A stretch of DNA of 64,000 nucleotides from Rhodothermales bacterium (GCA_965215145.1 OZ244038.1:90257-154256), one strand, 5' to 3'; positions 1-8,559 are shown, counted from the stretch's first letter. The notes: a model not told the origin generated them from the sequence alone. Made by a program: numbers and translations.

Positions 1-358
1 GCGCCTTCGCCTGCCCGAGCAGGTCGCCCTGCGCGTCGCGGACGGTCATCGAGCGCGAGGTGTCGAGGACGAGCGCGGTCGAGGTCGCGACGCGCCCGCC
101 GAAGAGCCGCGCCCACCCGCTCTCGACGGTCGGTCCGGCGAAGGCGAGGACGAGGCACGCGAGGGCGAGCGTGCGGAGCGCGAGCAGCAGCCACTGCCGG
201 ATGCGGACGCGCCGCATCGTGCTCTTCTGGAGCTCCCGGAGGAACTGGAGCGAGGAGAAGTCCACCCGCCGCGGCTTGCGGAAGTTGAAGAGGTGGATCA
301 GGATGGGGATCGCCGCCGCGGCGAGGCCGAGCAGGACGAGGGGGTTCAAGAACGCCAT
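1..358 (-). CDS. BatA-like membrane protein, N-terminal double-transmembrane domain (5' portion; continues beyond window start)
   Basis: Absent from the ORF track because no stop lies in the window. The reverse strand from CAT 356-358 reads MAFLNPLVLLGLAAAAIPILIHLFNFRKPRRVDFSSLQFLRELQKSTMRRVRIRQWLLLALRTLALACLVLAFAGP... This is the PIxIHL / FSSLxFL two-helix anchor typical of BatA/aerotolerance-type proteins. Third positions are GC-rich. Confidence 0.6.
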   Translation of the reverse strand, partial: MAFLNPLVLLGLAAAAIPILIHLFNFRKPRRVDFSSLQFLRELQKSTMRRVRIRQWLLLALRTLALACLVLAFAGPTVESGWARLFGGRVATSTALVLDTSRSMTVRDAQGDLLGQAKA

Positions 359-435
359 GCCGCGCGAACGTCGGAAGGGGCCGGAATGATGCGCAGGACC
401 CTCCGCCGCACTTGTGGTCACACCCCCCGTTCCGC

Positions 436-465
436 TTGCATCCGCCAGACTCAACTCCGTATACT
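436..465 (+). promoter_or_regulatory. candidate sigma70-type promoter for mazEF
   Basis: TTGCAT (436-441), 18-nt spacer, TATACT (460-465), 26 nt before the mazE ATG at 492. It is a conspicuously AT-rich patch in a very GC-rich background. Confidence 0.4.
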
Positions 466-491
466 CAATGTAGACACCAGCCAAACGTACC

Positions 492-734
492 ATGAACACG
501 CTCGTCCAGAAGTGGGGCAACAGCCTCGCCATCCGGCTCCCGAAGGCTCTGGCGAGCGAGGCCCGCATCTGTCAGGGGTCGCTCGTCGATCTAAGCCTGG
601 AGGACGGCGCGCTGCGCATCCAACTCGTTTCCCCACCGGAGCTCACCCTCGATGCCCTACTCGCTGGAGTGACGGAGGAAAACCTGCATGAGGCCATCGA
701 CGCGACCGACGGGGTCGGGGCTGAGGTTCTGTGA
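492..734 (+). CDS. mazE: type II antitoxin MazE (AbrB/SpoVT fold)
   Basis: 80 aa. VQKWGNSLAIRLPK swapped-hairpin motif; the C-terminal VTEENLHEAID parallels E. coli MazE ITPENLHENID. 4-nt GTGA overlap with the next gene. Confidence 0.85.
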   Translation: MNTLVQKWGNSLAIRLPKALASEARICQGSLVDLSLEDGALRIQLVSPPELTLDALLAGVTEENLHEAIDATDGVGAEVL

Positions 735-1066
735 GCAGCTACGTGCCCCGCCGGGGCGATGCCGTCTGGCTCGACTTCAACCCTCAGACCGGACGCGAGC
801 AGGCCGGGCGGCGTCCGGCGTTCGTCGTCTCGCCCGTCTCCTACAACCGGAAGGTCGGCCTGTTCGTCGTCTGCCCGATCACGACGAAGCAGAAGGGGTA
901 CCCGTTCGAGGTGGAGATCCCGAGCGGCCACAAGGCGAGGGGCGTGATCCTGTCCGATCAGATCAAGAGCCTGGACTGGCGGGCGCGTAACGCCGCCCTG
1001 CTCTGCCCCCTGCCGGAGGCTGTGACGCAGGAGGTTCTTCAAAAGGTGAACGCCCTTCTGAAGTGA
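731..1066 (+). CDS. mazF: type II toxin MazF/PemK endoribonuclease
   Basis: 111 aa from GTG 731. YVPRRGDAVWLDFNPQTGREQAGRRPAFVVSP...TTKQKGYPFEV...DQIKSLDWRAR closely tracks E. coli MazF (YVPDMGDLIWVDFDPTKGSEQAGHRPAVVLSP...). Confidence 0.9.
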   Translation: MSSYVPRRGDAVWLDFNPQTGREQAGRRPAFVVSPVSYNRKVGLFVVCPITTKQKGYPFEVEIPSGHKARGVILSDQIKSLDWRARNAALLCPLPEAVTQEVLQKVNALLK

Positions 1067-1078
1067 CGCCGAGGAATA

Positions 1079-1288
1079 GGGACACCCCCCGTTCCCCGTC
1101 CCATCGCGGAGCCTGTGCTGAGCGCAGCCGAAGTGCTCAGGGGACGAGAAGCTGTCCCCCTTCCGAAGCTGCAAGTCCCGCCCTGCGGGGGGGGACAGTT
1201 TTGGGCGTGCCTGAGGGCGCAGGGACTCGTCCCGTAGCCCGATGCTGCAAGTCCCGCTCTGCGGGGCATGCCCGAAACGGGCGGTCCC
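1079..1288. repeat. modular hairpin element, copy A (left arm of an inverted pair around 1341-2894)
   Basis: The reverse complement aligns by eye along nearly its whole length with 2896-3092. One 64-bp stretch has a single mismatch, and one approximately 15-19-bp segment (ACGGGACGAGTCCCTGCGC vs CCGT) is present only here. The ends are GACACCCCCCG ... CGGGCGGTCCC. Internal hairpins include CTGTCCCCCTT..GGGGGACAG and GGGACTCGTCCC. Confidence 0.85.
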
Positions 1289-1340
1289 GTCGTAGCTTCG
1301 CCGCTAACCTCTGCTCCCGCCTCCATTACCGAGTCCTGCC

Positions 1341-2894
1341 ATGCGTTTCCTGCTCGCGGCCCTCACCCTGACGCTGGCCCTCGGGGCCAACGCGCAGAAC
1401 ACGTTCATCGAGGAGGCCGCCGTCACGAGCGGCGACTTCTCCAACGAGATCGGGGAAGCCTTCCCGATCCACATCACCGGCTCGGTAGCCGACACTACCG
1501 TGATCACCGGTAACACCATCGGCACTACTGATGTCGAGGTGTTCCGCTTCACCTGCGACATCGCGCTCGCACCTGAAGTCATCCTCGACATCCTCCACGT
1601 CAATGTGGAGGGCTTGACCTTCGACAGCGAGCTGGCGCTCGTCGTGGACGGAGAGTTCCCAGAGCGCGGTCTGGAGTTGCCGGCGGGAGGTGGATCAGGC
1701 TTCTACAGCCGAGTTCACCTGCCGTGTGGGCCGGGCGATGAGCTGATTGTGGCCTTCGGGCCGCGTGATCTCTCCTACCACACCGATCCTGACCGGGTCG
1801 AGTCTAGCGGTGCCTTCGGGTTTCCGGATCGAGACTACACTCTCTCGATCGTGCCACGCATGGACGAGCGTCACTACGTCGGTACGCAGGAGGAGAGCTT
1901 CACCATCTCCATGGCCGAAGACATCGGTGACATCACGTCGATCGACTTCTACTCGGTGTACATGCAATGGCACGAGGTGGAGCGCAAAATCATCCGCTTC
2001 ACCGTGCCAGACGAAGCTGCGGACACCTTCTCCATCAACGGCGACTGCAACACTCCAGCCTTCGCCTGGCTCATCGCGAGTGATGGTGAAGTGTTAGAGG
2101 TGCGACAAGGTGATTGGGATCAAACGGACCCGCGCGCAAGTGACTGGTGCCCTATCTTTGAAGCCGGAGTTCTGGCAGAAGAGGGTGGAGGTGACTATTA
2201 CCTTGCCTTCGGCATGGCCTCAGCGGGCTACGAAGATGGCGAACTCTGGAGTAATCCCGGACTGAGTTTCTACAACGTCCGGGCGGGAACAGTAGCGTGG
2301 CGCTTCGGTCACGCTCGCGCCGACATCACTGCGCTCACCGCCGATCAGCGTGACAACTCGTTCGCGCTGGGCTTCCAGCTCGCGGGCGACCAGCTCACCC
2401 AGGTGCGCTCGACCCTCACGGTGGACGGCGAGACGGTGCTCGATGAAACCCAGCTCACCGACTGGACCCTCGCCGCACCCCAGCCCTTCGAGGTGATCGC
2501 CGAGGACGTGCCCTCCGACGAGGAGGCCGAGTTCTGCGTCCAGGTCTACGGCCGCGGCAACTGGAGCGAGGCCGATCCCGTCGGCGAGCCGGAGTGCCTC
2601 ACCTTCCTCACCACCTCCGCCGAGGACGGCCCGGACGCCGAGGCGCTGTCGCTGAGCGTCCGCCCGAACCCGGCGCGGGGGGCGGCCGAGGTCGCCTTCC
2701 GGCTGGCGCGGCCTGGCCCCGCCGAGGTGGCGGTGTTCGACGTGCTGGGGCGGCGGGTGGCGGTGCTGGCGCGCGAGGCGGTCCCGGCGGGGGAGCACAC
2801 CCGGTCGGTGGCGGGGCTGGCGCCGGGGGTCTACGTGGTGCGGCTCACGTCGGGCGGCACGGTGCGGACGCAGCGGCTGACGGTGGTGCGGTAG
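1341..2894 (+). CDS. secreted protein of unknown function with T9SS (Por) C-terminal sorting domain
   Basis: 517 aa with signal peptide MRFLLAALTLTLALGANAQ. The last approximately 80 aa (LSVRPNPARGAAEVAFRL...VFDVLGRRVAVL...GVYVVRLTSGGTVRTQRLTVVR) form a typical T9SS CTD. The body has strings such as TDVEVFRFT, SIDFYSVYM and GGDYYLAFG, reminiscent of pre-peptidase C-terminal-like modules. Confidence 0.8.
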   Translation: MRFLLAALTLTLALGANAQNTFIEEAAVTSGDFSNEIGEAFPIHITGSVADTTVITGNTIGTTDVEVFRFTCDIALAPEVILDILHVNVEGLTFDSELALVVDGEFPERGLELPAGGGSGFYSRVHLPCGPGDELIVAFGPRDLSYHTDPDRVESSGAFGFPDRDYTLSIVPRMDERHYVGTQEESFTISMAEDIGDITSIDFYSVYMQWHEVERKIIRFTVPDEAADTFSINGDCNTPAFAWLIASDGEVLEVRQGDWDQTDPRASDWCPIFEAGVLAEEGGGDYYLAFGMASAGYEDGELWSNPGLSFYNVRAGTVAWRFGHARADITALTADQRDNSFALGFQLAGDQLTQVRSTLTVDGETVLDETQLTDWTLAAPQPFEVIAEDVPSDEEAEFCVQVYGRGNWSEADPVGEPECLTFLTTSAEDGPDAEALSLSVRPNPARGAAEVAFRLARPGPAEVAVFDVLGRRVAVLAREAVPAGEHTRSVAGLAPGVYVVRLTSGGTVRTQRLTVVR

Positions 2895-2895
2895 C

Positions 2896-3092
2896 GGACC
2901 CGGACCCCCCGTTTCGGCCGTGCCCCGCAGGGCGGGACTTGCAGCATCGGGCTCCGTCCTCAGGCACGCCCGAAACTGTCTCCCCCCCGCGAGCGGGACT
3001 TGCAGCTTCTGAGGGGGGACAGCTTCTCGTCCCTTGAGCACTTCGGCTGCGCTCAGCACAGGCTCCGCGATGGGACGAGGAGCGGGGGGTGC
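2896..3092. repeat. modular hairpin element, copy B (right arm, inverted relative to copy A)
   Basis: It starts 2 nt after the TAG stop (2892-2894) with GGACCCGGACCCCCCG and ends CGGGGGGTGC. See copy A for the alignment. Confidence 0.85.
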
Positions 3093-3204
3093 GAAACGGA
3101 GACCTGCCACCCCCGACCCCTACTCGGCTCGCAACCTGTGCCTACGTTGTGGGTACATCGCGTGACATCCCACCGGACCTCCTTCCCCCGTCGCCTACAC
3201 CGCC

Positions 3205-3465
3205 GTGAGCAAGACCGCCACGATCTCCGCCCGGATCGACCCCGACACGAAGCGGGCCGCCGAGGCCGTCTTCCGCGACCTCGGCCTCTCCGCCAGCCAG
3301 GCCATCACGCTGTTCTACCGGCAGGTCCAGCTCCGCCACGGCCTCCCCTTCGAGGTGAGGGTGCCGACCGAGAAGACGCGCGAGGCGCTCCGGCAGGCAG
3401 AAGCACGTGAGGACCTCGACAGCTTCGACTCCACCGACGCTCTCTTCGACGACCTCGGCGTGTGA
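3205..3465 (+). CDS. dinJ: type II antitoxin DinJ/RelB family
   Basis: 86 aa from GTG 3205. ISARIDPDTKRAAEAVFRDLGLSASQAITLFYRQV...LPFEV...DALFDDLGV parallels E. coli DinJ (VRARIDEDLKNQAADVLAGMGLTISD...LPFDL...DDLFDKLGI). Confidence 0.85.
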   Translation: MSKTATISARIDPDTKRAAEAVFRDLGLSASQAITLFYRQVQLRHGLPFEVRVPTEKTREALRQAEAREDLDSFDSTDALFDDLGV

Positions 3466-3749
3466 TGGCCCGGCGGGACAGGGTGTTACGTCGGACCTCG
3501 CAGTTCAAGCGCGACGCGAAGCTGGCGAAGCGGCGGGGGAAGAACCTCGGCAAGCTGCGCGAGGTGGTCGAGAAGCTGGCGGCGGGGGAGGTGCTGGAAG
3601 AGCGCTTCCGCGACCATGCGCTCCTCGGCGGATACCGGGGGAGCCGCGAGTGCCACCTCGAACCGGACTGGCTGCTGATCTACGAGGCGACGGCCGAGGA
3701 GGTGGTGCTGATCCGGACGGGGACGCACGCGGACCTGTTCAAGAAGTAG
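3465..3749 (+). CDS. yafQ: type II toxin YafQ (RelE superfamily mRNA interferase)
   Basis: 94 aa from ATG 3465 (TGATG overlap with the dinJ stop; the track starts at GTG 3462). FKRDAKLAKRRGKNLGKL...RDHALLGGYRGSRECHLEPDWLLIY...RTGTHADLF matches the YafQ pattern (YSKDVKLAQKRHKDMNKL...KDHPLQGSWKGYRDAHVEPDWILIY...RTGTHAALF). Confidence 0.85.
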   Translation: MARRDRVLRRTSQFKRDAKLAKRRGKNLGKLREVVEKLAAGEVLEERFRDHALLGGYRGSRECHLEPDWLLIYEATAEEVVLIRTGTHADLFKK

Positions 3750-3756
3750 CCGTGGC

Positions 3757-3893
3757 GGACCCCCCGCTCCTCGTCCCATCGCTCCGCTCAGAGGACGAGA
3801 AGCTGTCCCCCTTCTGAAGGGGGACAGTTTGGGTCGCGCCTGAGGGCGAAGGGACTCGTCCCGGAGCCCGATGCGCGGGATAAACGGGGGGTC
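3757..3893. repeat. modular hairpin element, copy C (shorter version, same orientation as A)
   Basis: It runs GGACCCCCCG ... CGGGGGGTC. It shares with copy A the modules CGTCCCATCGC, GACGAGAAGCTGTCCCCCTTCTGAAGGGGGACAG and CCTGAGGGCG.AGGGACTCGTCCC..AGCCCGATGC, but lacks two internal hairpin modules. It begins 8 nt after the yafQ TAG, and its right end overlaps the stop (3892-3894) of the convergent monooxygenase gene. Confidence 0.8.
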
Positions 3894-5403
3894 ACCCCGC
3901 CGTCTCCAGCCGGACGCCCGTGCGGAGGGCCTGCCGCTTCGGGCGGCGCCGGCCGAGCCGCCGCTCCCGCTCCACCGCCGCCTTGTACGGGTAGAAGTCC
4001 ACCTGCATCGTGTGCCGCTTCGAACGGTAGTAGCGCCGCGCCGTCCGCGCCTCCGCCCGCGCGATGGCCGCCTCCATCTCGGCCGGCTCCGGCAGCCCGG
4101 CCTCGCCCTCCAGCAGATCCGCGATCCACTCCGCCTGCGCCTCGGCCAGCGGCATGATGGCGCCGAGCGGCTGGACGAGTCCGAGGAAGTACAGCCCCGG
4201 CCGGCGGGGCATCACGACGTGCCGGAACAGCCGCACCCGGTTGTCTTCTACCTGCACCACCTCGTCGTCGAGGAACGGGAAGCTCACGTCGTAGCCCGTG
4301 GCGTAGACGATCACGTCCACCCCTTCCTCCGTCCCGTCGGCGAACCAGACGCGGTCACCCAGCAGGCGCTCGATGTTCGGCTTCACGGTGATGGCGCCGT
4401 GGGCGATCCGCCCGAGCAGCTCGTCGGAGATCGTGGGGTGCTCGGCGAGCAGGGGGTGCTCCGGCTCGGGCATCCCGTAGCCCGCCTGCCGGCCACGGCT
4501 GACGAGGAGCACCGCCCGTAGGAGCGCCCTCTGTAGCGGCACCGGGAGCCGCTGCGTCAGCGGCGTGGCGAGATTGTCGGCAGGGAGGCCGAAAAAGAAC
4601 TTCGGGATGACGTGGGCGCCGCGGCGGGTCGAGAGCAGCGTCCGCTCGGCCACGCGCGACGCCTCGACGGCGATGTCGCACGCCGAGTTGCCCGCGCCGA
4701 CGACGAGCACGCGCTTCCCGACGAGCCCCTCCGGCGTCTTGTAGGCGTGCGAGTGCATCGCCTCGCCGTCGAAGTGACCGGGGAAGTCGGGGAGCGACGG
4801 CTTCCAGTGGTGCCCGTTGGCGACGACGACGGCCTCGTAGCGCCGGGTGTCGGTCTCGCCGGTGTCGAGGTGGCGGGTGGTGACGAGGTAGCCGGCGCGC
4901 TCCCCTGTCGGGTCCGCCGGCTCGACGCGCTCGACGCGGGTGCGGAACGTGATCCGGTCGCGGAAGCCGAAGTGGTCCACGTAGTCCTCGAAGTAGGCGA
5001 GGATCTGGCGGTGGCTCGGGTAGTGGGGGTAGTCGGCCGGCATCGGGAAATCCGAATACGCCATCCGGTCCCGGTTCGTGTTGATGTGGAGCGAGCGGTA
5101 GGCCGCCGAGACGCCGTTGTCGTTGAGGTAGCGCCAGTTGCCGCCGATCCCGCTTCCCATCTCGAAGCACTCGAAGGGGATGCCGCGCTCGTGGAACGTC
5201 TTCGCCGCCACGATCCCCGACGAGCCGGCCCCGACGATGCAAACGCCGCCCCGGCCGGGCGCCCCGTCGCCGCCGATCTCGGGCCGGGGCGGGGTGACGG
5301 GTACTTCCGGCCGCCGGGGGCGGAGGCGCGTCCCACTCCGCCGTACCGCACCGTTCGTGGGTGCGGCAGAATCCGTCGGGTCGAGCCGGAGGTCGTCGGG
5401 CAT
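3892..5403 (-). CDS. class B flavin-containing monooxygenase (FMO/Baeyer-Villiger type)
   Basis: Up to 503 aa. IVGAGSSGIVAA (FAD), FPGHFDGEAMHSHAYK (FMO-identifying-like), VVGAGNSACDIA (NADPH). The first approximately 55 aa are low complexity, so the true start is uncertain. Confidence 0.8.
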   Translation of the reverse strand: MPDDLRLDPTDSAAPTNGAVRRSGTRLRPRRPEVPVTPPRPEIGGDGAPGRGGVCIVGAGSSGIVAAKTFHERGIPFECFEMGSGIGGNWRYLNDNGVSAAYRSLHINTNRDRMAYSDFPMPADYPHYPSHRQILAYFEDYVDHFGFRDRITFRTRVERVEPADPTGERAGYLVTTRHLDTGETDTRRYEAVVVANGHHWKPSLPDFPGHFDGEAMHSHAYKTPEGLVGKRVLVVGAGNSACDIAVEASRVAERTLLSTRRGAHVIPKFFFGLPADNLATPLTQRLPVPLQRALLRAVLLVSRGRQAGYGMPEPEHPLLAEHPTISDELLGRIAHGAITVKPNIERLLGDRVWFADGTEEGVDVIVYATGYDVSFPFLDDEVVQVEDNRVRLFRHVVMPRRPGLYFLGLVQPLGAIMPLAEAQAEWIADLLEGEAGLPEPAEMEAAIARAEARTARRYYRSKRHTMQVDFYPYKAAVERERRLGRRRPKRQALRTGVRLETAG

Positions 5404-5491
5404 CGGGAGCAGGGCGTTCAGCGCGGGCGACGGGAAAGTAAACGCGCCGCGCGGCGGGAGTGTCCCCGTGGGATCTTCCGTTTTGAAGGGT

Positions 5492-5544
5492 GTAGGGGCG
5501 TATGGCCATACGCCCTTACGGCGTTGAGCCTTACGGCGTTGAGC
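5492..5544. repeat. 28-bp near-perfect palindrome followed by a 15-bp tandem duplication
   Basis: GTAGGGGCGTATGG|CCATACGCCCTTAC (5492-5519, one mismatch), then CTTACGGCGTTGAGC twice (5515-5529, 5530-5544). It lies in the divergent FMO/uvrA intergenic region. Confidence 0.7.
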
Positions 5545-5640
5545 CCGAGCGCAGCGCCCCGTGCCACAGAGGTTTCATACCCCCGCTCGCATCTTCGCTC
5601 ACCCCGCCCGCGTTCGCCGACCGACCCTCCCGACCCCCGG

Positions 5641-8559
5641 ATGCCGAAGACGACCCGCCGCTCGAAGCCCGCCCACGCCCGCGACGGTGCCGCCCGCAAG
5701 GAGGCCCGCGCCGCCGACCGCTTTCACGGCCGCGACCTCGTCGTCAAGGGCGCGCGGCAGCACAACCTCAAGGACGTCGACCTCACCATCCCGAAGCGAA
5801 AGCTCGTCGTGTTCACCGGGCCGTCGGGGTCTGGGAAGTCGAGCTTGGTGTTCGACACGATCTACGCCGAGGGGCAGCGGCGCTACGTCGAGAGCCTGAG
5901 CGCCTACGCGCGGCAGTTCCTGGAGCGGATGGACAAGCCGGACGTGGACCTCATCACCGGCCTCGCCCCGGCCATCGCCATCGAGCAGCAGACGGGCACC
6001 AAGAACCCTCGAAGCACCGTCGCCACGCAGACGGAGATCTACGACTACCTCCGCCTCCTTTACGCCCGGATCGGGACGACGATCAGCCCCGTCTCCGGCG
6101 AGGCCGTCACCAAGGACAGCCCCCGCTCCGTCGCCGAGGAGTTGCAGGAGGGCCTGCCCGAGCGGACGCGGTTCTACCTCGGCTTCCCGCTGCCGCAGCA
6201 CAAGGGCCGCAAAAAGGCCGAGGAGCTGGCCGCCCTCCGCGCCCGCGGCTTCTTCCGCCTCCTCGCCCTCCCCACCCAGGCCGCGCGCAAGAAGGGCGAA
6301 GGGCCAGCGATCATCGATCTCAACGAGACGGAGCCGGAGGCGGTGAAAACGCCGGTGAAGCGGTTGCTGGTTCTCGTGGACCGCCTCGCCACGAAGCCCG
6401 GCGACGACGCCACCGCCACCCGCATCGCCGACTCGGTGGAGCAGGCGTTTCGGGAGGGGGATGAGCGCTGCGTCGTGATCACGGCGCCGAAGGACGGGCC
6501 GGGCGAGCGGCTGGAGTTCTCGGCCAAGTTCGAGCGCGACGGGATGACCTTCGAGGAGCCGACGCCGCAGCTCTTCTCCTTCAACTCCCCGCTCGGGGCG
6601 TGCCCGGTGTGCCAGGGGTTCGGGCGCGTGCCGGGGGTGGACGAGGACCTCGTCATCCCCAACCCCGACCTCTCGATCCGGCAGGGCGCCATCGCCCCGT
6701 TCCGCACGGAGCAGTGGAGCCGCTACCAGCGCAACCTGATCCGCGAGGCGGCCAAGAAGGGCTTCCCCATCGACACCCCGTACAGCAAGCTCTCCGAGGA
6801 CGAGCGGCGGTGGGTGTGGAACGGCTCCGGCGGCTACGACGGCGTGCGCGGCCTCTTCCGCCACCTGGAGAAGAAGAGCTACAAGATGCACTACCGCATC
6901 TTCGCCGCGCGCTTCCGGGGGTACACCCGCTGCGAGACGTGCGACGGCTACCGCCTCCGCCCCGAGGCCCTGTACGTCAGGGTCGGCGGTGACGAGGCGG
7001 GCGCCCCGGCGATGCACATCGGCGAGGTCTGCGAGTTCACGACGGCCGACGCGCTGGAGCACGTCGAGGCACTGGAGCTCACGGAGTACCAGGAGGCCGT
7101 GGCGGGGCGGGCGATGGAGGAGGTCCGCAAGCGGCTCCGCTACCTCGTCGAGGTCGGCCTCGACTACGTGACGCTCGACCGGCTGAGCATGACGCTCTCC
7201 GGCGGCGAGAGCCAGCGGATCAACCTCGCCACGAGCCTCGGCTCCTCGCTCGTCGGGAGCCTCTACGTTCTCGACGAGCCGACGGTCGGGCTGCACCCGC
7301 GCGACAACGAGCGGCTGATCCGCATCCTCGAGGGGCTCCGCGACATCGGCAACACGGTCCTCGTCGTCGAGCACGACGAGGCCATGATGCGGCGGGCCGA
7401 CCGGCTCGTGGACGTCGGCCCCGGCTCGGGCGTCCACGGCGGGGAGATCGTCTTTGAAGGGACGTTCGAGGAGGCGCTGAAAGACAAGAGGTCGCTGACG
7501 GGGCAGTACCTCTCCGGGAAAAAGAGCATCCCCGTCCCCGAGATCCGGCGGCCCGTGGATCCCGAGCGGGTGCTGACGGTCGTGAACGCGCGGCAGAACA
7601 ACCTCAAGCGGCTCGACGTGGATTTCCCGCTGGGGATGATTACGTGCGTCACGGGGGTCAGCGGCTCAGGCAAGAGCACGCTCGTCAACCAGACGCTCTA
7701 CCGGGGGATGCAGCGCCTCAAGGGCCTCGACCCGAGCGGCAAGATCGGTGCGCACGACGCCGTCCGAGGGCACGAACTCGTGGACCACATCGAGTTGGTA
7801 GACCAGAGCCCCATCGGTCGGACGCCCCGGAGCAACCCCGTCACCTACGTCAAGGCGTTCGACGCCATCCGCAGCCTGCTGGCTGGGACGCACCAGGCGA
7901 AGGTCCGCGGTTACAAGCCGGGCACGTTCTCCTTCAACGTCCCCGGCGGGCGCTGCGAGGTCTGCCAGGGGGACGGCGTCGTGAAGGTCGAGATGCAGTT
8001 CCTCGCCGACCTCTACCTCGAGTGCGAGGCGTGCGGTGGCCGGCGGTTCAAGCAGGACGTCCTCGAGATCCGTTGGAACGGGAAGAACGTGGACGACATG
8101 CTCTCGATGACGGTGGACGAGGCGGTGCCCTTCTTCGAGGGCGAGCGGCGGGTCTCGAACAAGCTGCAGGTACTCCAAGACGTCGGGCTCGGCTACCTCC
8201 AGCTCGGGCAGGCGTCGAACACGCTCTCCGGCGGGGAGGCGCAGCGGGTCAAGCTCGCCGCCCACCTCGGCCGGCCGGCCTCGGGCCACACGCTCTACCT
8301 CTTCGACGAGCCCACGACGGGCCTCCACTTCGACGACATCGAGAAGCTGCTGCGGGCGTTCAACGCGCTCGTGGACGAGGGCCACTCGGTCGTGCTCATC
8401 GAGCACAACCTCGACGTCATCAAGGCGTCGGACTACGTGCTCGACCTCGGGCCGGAGGGGGGGCGGCGCGGCGGGTTCGTCGTCGCGGCCGGGACGCCGG
8501 AGGAGGTCGCGGCGGACGCCGAGAGCCATACCGGGCGGTTCCTCCGCGACGCACTGTAG
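5641..8559 (+). CDS. uvrA: excinuclease ABC subunit A
   Basis: 972 aa from ATG 5641. The track ORF 4612-8559 is extended upstream through the antisense of the FMO gene. GARQHNLK, GPSGSGKSSL, zinc modules CPVCQG and CEVCQGDG, two ABC signatures LSGGESQRI and LSGGEAQRV. Confidence 0.95.
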   Translation: MPKTTRRSKPAHARDGAARKEARAADRFHGRDLVVKGARQHNLKDVDLTIPKRKLVVFTGPSGSGKSSLVFDTIYAEGQRRYVESLSAYARQFLERMDKPDVDLITGLAPAIAIEQQTGTKNPRSTVATQTEIYDYLRLLYARIGTTISPVSGEAVTKDSPRSVAEELQEGLPERTRFYLGFPLPQHKGRKKAEELAALRARGFFRLLALPTQAARKKGEGPAIIDLNETEPEAVKTPVKRLLVLVDRLATKPGDDATATRIADSVEQAFREGDERCVVITAPKDGPGERLEFSAKFERDGMTFEEPTPQLFSFNSPLGACPVCQGFGRVPGVDEDLVIPNPDLSIRQGAIAPFRTEQWSRYQRNLIREAAKKGFPIDTPYSKLSEDERRWVWNGSGGYDGVRGLFRHLEKKSYKMHYRIFAARFRGYTRCETCDGYRLRPEALYVRVGGDEAGAPAMHIGEVCEFTTADALEHVEALELTEYQEAVAGRAMEEVRKRLRYLVEVGLDYVTLDRLSMTLSGGESQRINLATSLGSSLVGSLYVLDEPTVGLHPRDNERLIRILEGLRDIGNTVLVVEHDEAMMRRADRLVDVGPGSGVHGGEIVFEGTFEEALKDKRSLTGQYLSGKKSIPVPEIRRPVDPERVLTVVNARQNNLKRLDVDFPLGMITCVTGVSGSGKSTLVNQTLYRGMQRLKGLDPSGKIGAHDAVRGHELVDHIELVDQSPIGRTPRSNPVTYVKAFDAIRSLLAGTHQAKVRGYKPGTFSFNVPGGRCEVCQGDGVVKVEMQFLADLYLECEACGGRRFKQDVLEIRWNGKNVDDMLSMTVDEAVPFFEGERRVSNKLQVLQDVGLGYLQLGQASNTLSGGEAQRVKLAAHLGRPASGHTLYLFDEPTTGLHFDDIEKLLRAFNALVDEGHSVVLIEHNLDVIKASDYVLDLGPEGGRRGGFVVAAGTPEEVAADAESHTGRFLRDAL

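Noticed and set aside
5515-5544. Possible CRISPR-like or VNTR array
   Set aside because: It has only two exact 15-bp units with no spacers, so it is a simple tandem duplication. No CRISPR array exists anywhere in the window.
4612-5640. Upstream 343 codons of the 1315-aa track ORF that contains uvrA
   Set aside because: This part is the antisense of the well-supported monooxygenase gene and translates to low-complexity Arg/Val/Gly-rich sequence. UvrA homology begins at MPKTTRR (ATG 5641).
5599-7437. 612-aa minus-strand ORF
   Set aside because: It is antisense to uvrA, has Arg/Pro/Gly/Ala-dominated composition and no motifs. It is a typical open antisense frame in very GC-rich DNA.
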